In this document: piece after piece, positions 56,639 to 64,000 of the stretch
How the letters are laid out: the number at the start of each line of letters is the position of its first letter
Position numbering within the stretch: position 1 is the stretch's first letter
IMG/VR virus record: IMGVR_UViG_3300030419_004303
Length of the DNA: 64,000 bases
Source: an uncultured virus (IMG/VR IMGVR_UViG_3300030419_004303)
Taxonomy: Duplodnaviria; Heunggongvirae; Uroviricota; Caudoviricetes
Strand: one strand, 5' to 3'
Made by a program: the position numbers and the translations under genes
The notes under the pieces: generated by a model
Seen by the model: only the letters and a program-made list of their open reading frames with translations
The model's database searches: none
Told to the model about the DNA's origin: nothing

Positions 56639-58402
56639 ATGAATACTTTTGCCCTAGATTACGAGACGTATTACGACAAAGAGTGCTCTATAAAGACTCT
56701 TGGACCATTAGGTTATTTTAGCCACCCAGAATTTGATGCTTACAGAGTATCTATATGGGGGGATGAAGGAACCTCTTTTGTAGGACACCCTAAAGATTTT
56801 GATTGGGGTAAACTAGAAGGACAGCGTGTTCTAAGCCACAACGCATCTTTCGATGAAACTCTATATCTATATGGTATAAAACAAAACTGGTGGCCATCTG
56901 TTAAATATGCAGAGTGGCACTGCACAGCCGATCTATCTGTTTATTGTGGGCTTCCTAGGTCATTAAAGGGGGCTACTACCGAGGTGTTTAATCTAGAGAT
57001 TAGCAAATCTACTAGGGACAATATGTCGGGGAAACGATGGGACAACATGGATAAAGAATTTCAGAAAGAGGTAGATGATTATGCCCTTAAAGATTCTGAG
57101 CTATGCCTTAAACTTTGGGAAGAACTGTCCCCTAAATGGCCCCAACACGAAAGAGAAATTAGCACCGTTAATAGAAGGATTGTTCAACGGGGGATTCCTA
57201 TAGATTATGATCTCCTTACAAAGAATAAAGATATAATTGCCCATAAGCTATTCGAGGCAGAAAATAATATACCTTGGGTGGGGGAAGCTCCTATTTTATC
57301 CAGGAAAGCTTTTAATGCAGAATGCCGTAAGGTGGGAATAGAACCTCCCGCTAGCATGGCCCTTACTTCAGAAGAAGCAAGTGAGTTTGTTGAAAAGTAT
57401 GGGGAGAAATTTCCATTTATCCTGGCCGTGAGGGATTACCGTAGAATAAATGCTCTAAAGAGAAAGTTACAAAGTTTTGAGTACGCCACTCTGGATGATT
57501 TGAGATACTACGGGGGATGTTTTTATTTTGGAGCACACACAGGCAGATATTCGGGTAGTGGAGGAAACCTTAACTTACAGAATTTACCTAGAGCGGAACA
57601 CTTTGGAGTTAATCTACGGCACATGATAAAAGCCCCCAAGGGAAAGAAACTTATTATAGCCGACTTGTCTCAAATAGAAGTTCGTACATTGTTTTATCTA
57701 GCACAGGATAAAGCAATGTTAGAACGAATTAGAAACTGTAATGACATTTATGAAGTGTTTGCTTACAGACTTGGAATGTACCAACCACAGGAAATTCCTT
57801 TTAAAGAATTAAAGGGGGGTAGGCTTAGACATGTAGTTAAACAAATTATCTTGGGTTGTGGGTATGGTATATCAGCCAAGAAGTTTGCTCAAATAACAGG
57901 GATGAGTGAAGAGGAAGCTACTTACGGAGTTCGTCTATACCGTGTTACTTTTAGACAAGTAGTAAAATTATGGAATGACTATCAGAGAAGAGTTGTAACA
58001 TGTAACTACCTTCAAAAAGATTTCTCTATAGAACTTCCTTCAGGTAGAACATTAGAATATGGAAAAGTGAAAAAGAATGTTGGTGATAACAGAATTAATT
58101 ATGTGGTGTATCAATACAGGGGAGGTAAAAAAGTTCCAATGAGAGCTTGGGGAGGGCTACTAGCAGAGAATGCATCTCAAGCCCTTAGTCGAGATGTCTT
58201 TTCCGATATGATGTTGAGGCTAGAAGCCTTGGGTATAAAAATAATTTTCCACGTTCACGATGAGTTTGTCATTGAAGTGGACGAGGAGAAAGCAGAAGAC
58301 ACTTTAAAAGATGTCATAGAAGTAATGTCAACCCCTCCGACATGGATACCTAAGCTACCCCTAGAAGCTGAAGGTAAAATTGTAAACAAGTACCAAAAAT
58401 GA
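56639..58402 (+). CDS. Family A DNA polymerase with 3'-5' exonuclease
   Basis: LDYET, HNASFD, ADLSQIEVR, KQIILGCGYG, HVHDE. Confidence 0.92.
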   Translation: MNTFALDYETYYDKECSIKTLGPLGYFSHPEFDAYRVSIWGDEGTSFVGHPKDFDWGKLEGQRVLSHNASFDETLYLYGIKQNWWPSVKYAEWHCTADLSVYCGLPRSLKGATTEVFNLEISKSTRDNMSGKRWDNMDKEFQKEVDDYALKDSELCLKLWEELSPKWPQHEREISTVNRRIVQRGIPIDYDLLTKNKDIIAHKLFEAENNIPWVGEAPILSRKAFNAECRKVGIEPPASMALTSEEASEFVEKYGEKFPFILAVRDYRRINALKRKLQSFEYATLDDLRYYGGCFYFGAHTGRYSGSGGNLNLQNLPRAEHFGVNLRHMIKAPKGKKLIIADLSQIEVRTLFYLAQDKAMLERIRNCNDIYEVFAYRLGMYQPQEIPFKELKGGRLRHVVKQIILGCGYGISAKKFAQITGMSEEEATYGVRLYRVTFRQVVKLWNDYQRRVVTCNYLQKDFSIELPSGRTLEYGKVKKNVGDNRINYVVYQYRGGKKVPMRAWGGLLAENASQALSRDVFSDMMLRLEALGIKIIFHVHDEFVIEVDEEKAEDTLKDVIEVMSTPPTWIPKLPLEAEGKIVNKYQK

Positions 58403-60601
58403 GTTTTAGATATATAAAAAACCACAAAGATCATGCAGCTACTAAATGTGAAAGCATAGCCGATTTAGACTTAAAGACCCCTGAGTTTAAAAACAAAGTA
58501 GAATTCCTTACTTGGTGTCAGCAAAAAGATACAGATTATGCATTCTTTTCTCTCTGTGAAGGGGATAACCCTAACCTCAGAGTTACAAAGGATAATCCTG
58601 TGTTTAAAGTACATGGGATAGTTGCTGACTATGATGCCTCCCACGACCCTGAGAAGACCGAGGAGATGATTGCACTGGCATGTAAGGAATGTCGCCCCAC
58701 TTGGATCAGTGAATCTTTTTCAGGGTATGCTAGATTAGTTTGGTTATTTCCAAGAGGGTATCCTGTTCCACAGGAATCATACGAAGCATTCTATAAGAGA
58801 ATTGGAGCTAAGATAGGAGCTGAAAGAGTGTTTCCAGGGTTTGATGAAGCTTCTTATAAAAGTACACAATACTTTGCAGCAGGTACTAATTGGAGAAAAA
58901 TAGGAGAACCCCTTGAGGAAGATGTTGTTGTTGGGGCTTTATTCCAAGCCGTACAAGAATCTCCCCCCACAACAGCCGAGGCCATCATACCTATGGATGT
59001 CATCTATGATGAACTACATAGGATGTATAAGGAAAAAATAAACTGCTCTAAGGAAGAATTTGGGGTCGGTACAAGACTATTTGTGTTTGATGTTGAACCA
59101 TTTGAAGAGAGAACTGGATGCATCGTACTCGAACATGGGGTTTACTATTTTAGTACAAGATCAATAAAGGAATTTAAATCTTGGAAGGAAATTCTTGGGG
59201 CTGAGTTTGTACGTGAGTATGAGGAAAAGAAACTAAAAAAGGTTCTAGATAATTATTGGTACAACGGGACTTTATATTTCAAACTAGGGGACGGTAAGGC
59301 TGAAAAAATAACTAAGGATCAACTAAACCTTGAACTTAAAATGTTGGGGTATTCTCCTAAAATTAAAAAAAATATGTATGTGTCTGAATTGGATATTGCT
59401 ATAAACTCTATAAACAACAAGAACAGGGTAGACGCTATAGCCCCTGTTATCTTTTCCAATGAAAGAATTGTTAGGTATAAGAACAAACGGATCTTGAATG
59501 AGGGGAAGCTTAAAATACTTCCAGCAGCTGACAATGGGGATCCCGAAAACTGGCCCTGGTTAAATAATTTTTTTAACCAACTATTTGCTAAAAATTGTTC
59601 TACTGACCAAAAGGAAGTTTGGTACTCTTGGCTTCATGTGGCTAGACTGTCTCTCAAAGTAGGGGATGTGTCTACCATGCAACAAGGACACGCCATGATA
59701 TGGTGCGGTGGGGCTGGGGTAGGTAAGTCCCTAACCTCTGGAGGCATCGCTTCACCCCTTCTAGGGGGGTCTACTAATGCTTCTCAGTACTTATCAGGAA
59801 AGACTTCCTTTAATAAGGACTTGGCCAACTATGCTCTATGGACGATTGATGACACCGTCAGTGCCGCTAGTTTTGCAGATCAAAGAAAGGCAGAGGAAAT
59901 TCTAAAAGCAGCTGTGGCTAATAGGTACATGAACTATCACGCAAAATATGCAGATTCCTTAGAGATACCCATATCTCCTAGAGTTTTTATTACTCTTAAC
60001 CAAGACCCCGCTAGCCTGTCAGTGATCCCTTCTTTAGATCAGAGTAATAGGGATAAGATAATAGCCTTGCGGATTGCAGAAAGTGCTATGATTGACTTCC
60101 CAGAGAACTTATCAGCGATAATAAAAAAGGAGCTACCATATTTCGCCAAGTTTATAGAAGATTGGGAAATACCAGAACACCTAAAAGGTACTACTAGATT
60201 TGGTATGAAAAACTACATCGATGATGTGATATCTAAAGCGGCTTATGATAACTCAAGAAGATCCCATGTGGCCGAAATGGTGGAATGGTTAGTTCAGGAA
60301 CACAGGAAGTTTGAGTTTGAGACATCCGATGGGGATGGTCCTAAATTTCTTGTAGATACACTTACAGGTTTGCAATCTATGATTATTCGCTATAANNNNN
60401 NNNNNTTTAGCAGTCTCCCATGACTTATATGCAATGGGGCAGGGGCTCCAGACAATGGAAGAACAATGTAAAATAGATAAAACATTAAGACCAATTTATT
60501 CTACGGGTTCTGGGGGCGGTACTTATTGGGAAATATGTTTAGATGAAGAATACGATATAAAACCAACCACATCTAAAAATAAAAAAAGATTAATAAAATG
60601 A
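58399..60601 (+). CDS. Primase-helicase; extends across the N gap
   Basis: VADYD primase-like motif, GAGVGKS Walker A, IDD Walker B. After the gap an open frame (LAVSHDLYAMG...KRLIK) ends at 60601 in an ATGA overlap. Confidence 0.75.
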
Positions 60602-60873
60602 GCGAAGAAGAAGTAAATGACTTTTTAAGTGAGGTAGTAGGAAAAGAAGCCGACAGTGTTTATATAATTCCTGGCATGCATTACGGTTTTGTGGGGGTAA
60701 CCGCTTCTTTAGAGTCGGTCTACAGTGTGGAACAATCCATAGCTAAGTACTACCCTAAAACGAAATCGGGGGAGGCTGAGGATTTACTATGGGAGAAATT
60801 CTCACACCATGTTGATCTAGCAATCAATGAAGGTTGCCCTGCGCCTATACTAATTAATACAGTCCTTACTTGA
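60598..60873 (+). CDS. Hypothetical protein, possible paralogue of 51882..52154
   Basis: PGMHYGFVG...VYS...PAPIL pattern. Confidence 0.5.
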   Translation: MSEEEVNDFLSEVVGKEADSVYIIPGMHYGFVGVTASLESVYSVEQSIAKYYPKTKSGEAEDLLWEKFSHHVDLAINEGCPAPILINTVLT

Positions 60874-61390
60874 TTGAGTTAGGACGTTCTAAATCCTCAA
60901 TAGGGATATGAAGCCCCGAAGACTTAAATACAAATCCGTCTTCATCCATATCACCTCGATGTACAAAATCAGCTTTTCTTAAAAGTTGTGTAGTGGGTAG
61001 CCACCCAACTAGCCATACGACCATTAAATCTCTGCGTACTCTAGTAAAAAAATAAATATCATTATTTAATACAGGAGATTCTTTGCAATTAACGAAAGCG
61101 CTGTATTCTAACTTAGGTTCAGAGCTACAAGTTTTAGATTTTACCTCTATCTCTTTGTTTTTATATGTAATATCATAACAAAAAGATGTGTCCCCAACAT
61201 ATTTGCTCCTGGGCAAATACTTATTTACTGCTATCTCTCCTAAGCACCCAGCCATTCTTCCTAACCCTCTAGTGTAAGAGTTAGGCAACACTCCCATAGC
61301 TTTAGCTCTTTTATGAGCTACACAAATATCGTCCCCAGAAGGAACAAATTTTACAAAAGAGTCAGTACTATTGAATTGTTTTTTGCTCAT
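60866..61390 (-). CDS. PD-(D/E)XK-like nuclease fold protein
   Basis: GCLGEIAV...YDI...IEVKSK. Confidence 0.6.
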   Translation of the reverse strand: MSKKQFNSTDSFVKFVPSGDDICVAHKRAKAMGVLPNSYTRGLGRMAGCLGEIAVNKYLPRSKYVGDTSFCYDITYKNKEIEVKSKTCSSEPKLEYSAFVNCKESPVLNNDIYFFTRVRRDLMVVWLVGWLPTTQLLRKADFVHRGDMDEDGFVFKSSGLHIPIEDLERPNSIK

Positions 61391-61913
61391 TATTTAATCT
61401 AGCTTCTACCGCCTCTTGGAACCCTAACTCCAAGTGTTTGGCATTTCCTAGATCTACTACAGCCTGTACATTTCTCTCCATCCGAGGAGCTATTCCTGTG
61501 CCCTCTTTTTTAGATTCACGATACTCATCGTTATCTAACATTTCTTTAGCAAAAGCATAATATTTCTTTTCTTTAAAAAGTTGTGTAGCTTTTGGAGACC
61601 CTCGCCAATCCCCCCTAAAATCAAAGTCAGTAATTGCTATCTTTACAGGATCGGGAAGTTCCTTCCAATGAGCTTCTCCGATGTCCTTTATAACATAGTT
61701 TATCTTTTCTTGTACATCTTGGTTAAATAGATCTTCAGCTTGCTGTGCGGTTATTGTTGTAAACTTTTCTTCGGGCTTCAATTTGTGGCCAACCCCAATC
61801 GTGGGGATCCCTTTAATATCTTTATAAACTTTTAGAGCTGGTTTGCCCCCAATAGTTTCATTTTTTAAAATGTAAGAGTATAAATTTTTCCTAAATGGAA
61901 CTTCGTTAGGCAT
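61368..61913 (-). CDS. Lysozyme (GH24/T4-like)
   Basis: E...LKVYKDIKGIPTIGVGH, AEDLFNQD. Confidence 0.8.
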   Translation of the reverse strand: MPNEVPFRKNLYSYILKNETIGGKPALKVYKDIKGIPTIGVGHKLKPEEKFTTITAQQAEDLFNQDVQEKINYVIKDIGEAHWKELPDPVKIAITDFDFRGDWRGSPKATQLFKEKKYYAFAKEMLDNDEYRESKKEGTGIAPRMERNVQAVVDLGNAKHLELGFQEAVEARLNNEQKTIQ

Positions 61914-62217
61914 CGTCTTTAAATTTTATTCGTTTAAGAAAAAGCGCCCAGGCAGGAAAGAATATTTCCTCCATGCAACGGACAACAGCTTCCTGCTCAT
62001 ATGTCTCAAGGAAGCCTACCCCGCTTATTAACAAGCTGGCCTCCATCATTTCATGTCTTATTGTGTTTAATAAAGCTTTGTGTTTAAGATCAGAGTTAAT
62101 CTGTATTAATTTTTTATCGTGGAAATACAGCCCATAAGGAGGATCCTCTCCAGAAAGAGGAATTACTTCCAGTTTTACCCGCTGGCCAGCAATTGAAATT
62201 GTTTTAGGTAAATCCAC
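61906..62217 (-). CDS. Minimal zincin-like protein (HEMME variant)
   Basis: G......IQIN....NTIRHEMMEA...EQE layout. Confidence 0.55.
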   Translation of the reverse strand: MDLPKTISIAGQRVKLEVIPLSGEDPPYGLYFHDKKLIQINSDLKHKALLNTIRHEMMEASLLISGVGFLETYEQEAVVRCMEEIFFPAWALFLKRIKFKDDA

Positions 62218-62218
62218 A

Positions 62219-62773
62219 TTACCACCTTCCAGATATCTCTTTATAAAGTTTTAGTCCCCCCGCTATGGCTTCGGCCATTCCTTCTTTATGGTTTACGGCC
62301 AAATCCCAATCTTCAGTGCAGGTTCCGAAAAAGGGCTCTGCAATACAAGCTGGCATGTGAGTACTCCTAAGAAACATAGCTCCTCTGCTACCTTTACCTC
62401 TAGATTTAATACCCCTACTAGCTAATTGTGGGAAAGCATCTTCAAAAGAATCTCGTAAAGCACGGGCTATTAGTCTTCCTTGATCGCTCGTGTGCCAGTA
62501 AAGCCATTCATGTCCTGTGGCTTTAGGAGAGGCAGCATTAAAATGAAGCTCAATAGCTGTATCTACACGATCTTCATACAATTTTTTAGCCAGCCAACGC
62601 ATAGCACTAACATAGCCATTGCCTTTATAAGTGCTATAAACCTTTACTGGTTCCCGTAGTTTGCCCGCAATCATCTCAGCGAGTTCGGAATTATAATCCC
62701 ACTCACTGACCCCCGTTACAGAGGATGCTCCTGAATCATTTGGGCGACTGTGGCCTACGCAAAGTGCTATCAT
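62219..62773 (-). CDS. N-acetylmuramoyl-L-alanine amidase (Amidase_3) endolysin
   Basis: VGH, E, ELHFNA, RGIK, PACIAEPFF. Confidence 0.88.
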   Translation of the reverse strand: MIALCVGHSRPNDSGASSVTGVSEWDYNSELAEMIAGKLREPVKVYSTYKGNGYVSAMRWLAKKLYEDRVDTAIELHFNAASPKATGHEWLYWHTSDQGRLIARALRDSFEDAFPQLASRGIKSRGKGSRGAMFLRSTHMPACIAEPFFGTCTEDWDLAVNHKEGMAEAIAGGLKLYKEISGRW

Positions 62774-63005
62774 CTCCTACTATTATAGCACGTCTGTACG
62801 AATAATCACTATGGAACTTCTGCCCACGCCCCATGAGGTTGCCTTCTTTGAAGGGATAATCGTACCCTTTTATAAGGGTAACCGTAGGTGGATCATATAT
62901 GGCGCTTTCGTTCAAGCTGGAGTCTCCCACCAAGTCGTTCAATCCGCAACTTGGAAGCAGGGCTACCATCAGCGGCAAGGCTATCAATCTCATCTTCCAA
63001 ATCAT
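62736..63005 (-). CDS. Putative lipoprotein (o-spanin-like)
   Basis: Hydrophobic signal ending LLPSC; overlaps the upstream ORF in another frame. Confidence 0.5.
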   Translation of the reverse strand: MIWKMRLIALPLMVALLPSCGLNDLVGDSSLNESAIYDPPTVTLIKGYDYPFKEGNLMGRGQKFHSDYSYRRAIIVGDDSTLRRPQSPK

Positions 63006-63087
63006 AAATGTATCTACGTTGTTTAAGCTTAGTGTAATTCACGTAAGCCTCTAACGCTAATACTATTATCCTGAAAAAGTACCTCAC
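62893..63087 (-). CDS. Putative i-spanin-like protein
   Basis: Short hydrophobic N-terminus plus helix, between holin and lipoprotein. Confidence 0.45.
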   Translation of the reverse strand: MRYFFRIIVLALEAYVNYTKLKQRRYIYDLEDEIDSLAADGSPASKLRIERLGGRLQLERKRHI

Positions 63088-63248
63088 TTCTTCTTAGACA
63101 TCACAGACCAAATAACCCCGACTAATGTGACTGCGGCTGATACGCCAGTCGTCACTTCTTCGCCAGTAGCGATTCCGCTTTGTGTCATAAAACCACCACC
63201 GAAAGTAAGGATGTGGCGGATTATACCTAATATAGCTTGTTTGTTCAT
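63084..63248 (-). CDS. Putative holin (54 aa, not in track)
   Basis: MNKQAILGIIRHILTFGGGFMTQSGIATGEEVTTGVSAAVTLVGVIWSVMSKKK: two hydrophobic segments and a basic tail. Confidence 0.7.
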   Translation of the reverse strand: MNKQAILGIIRHILTFGGGFMTQSGIATGEEVTTGVSAAVTLVGVIWSVMSKKK

Positions 63249-63424
63249 TTCTTCTTATTTTTACGGGTTAAATTCCAAAGCGTTATAATAGCAACAGTAA
63301 TACCTAAGAGCCCTCCGAGCAACTGAATCACCCATTGAATGTATTCCTGGTAAGGAGCTATTACTGCTACAGTCGATCCTGTTAAACCCGCAAGTCCTTT
63401 GGATATGATTTCACTATTGCTCAT
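63245..63424 (-). CDS. Small two-TM holin-like protein
   Basis: Two hydrophobic helices, RKNKKK tail. Confidence 0.6.
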   Translation of the reverse strand: MSNSEIISKGLAGLTGSTVAVIAPYQEYIQWVIQLLGGLLGITVAIITLWNLTRKNKKK

Positions 63425-63460
63425 ATATTCGAGCAATATAGCATATATCTACTAAAGGAT

Positions 63461-63841
63461 CTAATCAGGATTTGGCTCTGGATCAGGCTCATCCTCGTCC
63501 CCATCCTCTGGATCAGGCTCTGGTTCAGGCTCTGGTTCAGGCTCATTCTCATCACCACCCTCTGGAGCTGGCTCTGGAGTATTAGTATTTTCTGGATCAG
63601 GCTCTGGATCTGGATCTTGATCATGTGGAGGCGGGGGGTCAATATCGTCTGGGCCATTTGTATGGCTATCATTGACATCACTCACCGACTCCCAACCCTT
63701 TTCCCTCAAGGCTTTATAATCCTCATAAGAGAGAGCAGTGCGTGTATCGTTCCTCCCCTCATTAATTCCGTCCGCTTCAGGGACAGGATTTACCATCCAA
63801 TGTGGCTTAAACTGCCACTCTGCTAGATCTAGATCAGGCAT
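63461..63841 (-). CDS. Acidic protein with (E/D)P repeat tail
   Basis: EPEPEPEPDP encoded by 6/12-bp repeats. Confidence 0.6.
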   Translation of the reverse strand: MPDLDLAEWQFKPHWMVNPVPEADGINEGRNDTRTALSYEDYKALREKGWESVSDVNDSHTNGPDDIDPPPPHDQDPDPEPDPENTNTPEPAPEGGDENEPEPEPEPEPDPEDGDEDEPDPEPNPD

Positions 63842-64000
63842 TATTCTGCGGATTCTTCGTTGGGCTGTTCGGCTGGAGCCTCTGCGGGTGCGGGAGGTTG
63901 TTCTCCAGTTTGTTTAGCTATTTCTTTGGCAACTACAACAAGTGCTTCTGCTCCGTTCAGCCCCACCTGTTTGGTAGCGATGTCAAGAGCTTGGTAGATT
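63841..64000 (-). CDS. Partial hypothetical protein
   Basis: Read by hand: IYQALDIATKQVGLNGAEALVVVAKEIAKQ...EESAE, stop at 63841-63843. Confidence 0.55.
   Translation of the reverse strand, partial: IYQALDIATKQVGLNGAEALVVVAKEIAKQTGEQPPAPAEAPAEQPNEESAE

Noticed and set aside
49374..58402. Inteins or introns in terminase, helicase or polymerase
   Set aside because: Lengths are normal and the motifs are contiguous.
60396..60423. Premature end of primase-helicase
   Set aside because: N-gap artefact; another frame continues to 60601.

Overview
Most of a tailed dsDNA phage genome (Caudoviricetes, podovirus-like layout, probably aquatic). The window begins inside a tail-fibre gene and ends inside the block that leads into lysis. 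Five strand blocks: (1) 1-26194 minus: NUMOD4-like protein, portal, scaffold, major capsid, putative tail proteins, a GT25 glycosyltransferase, and two repeat-rich fibre genes, one of 3146 aa; (2) 26705-38126 plus: early/accessory small ORFs interleaved with many RNA-like hairpins, plus DUF932-like, Gp88-like, DnaA-domain-IV-like genes and a C5 methyltransferase coded in two overlapping frames; (3) 38123-51170 minus: large terminase and three putative ejection proteins, including a 2874-aa polyvalent-type protein; (4) 51214-60873 plus: double-HTH protein, RuvC-like resolvase, SF2 helicase, Cas4-like nuclease, putative SSB, family A DNA polymerase, primase-helicase; (5) 60866-64000 minus: lysis cluster. 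I found no integrase, reverse transcriptase, CRISPR array or convincing tRNA. Best leads: the dual-frame methyltransferase, the structured non-coding blocks at 27.1-28.4 kb, the structured capsid leader, and an in-frame direct-repeat-bounded domain cassette in the giant protein. All family calls are by eye from motifs; no searches were run.
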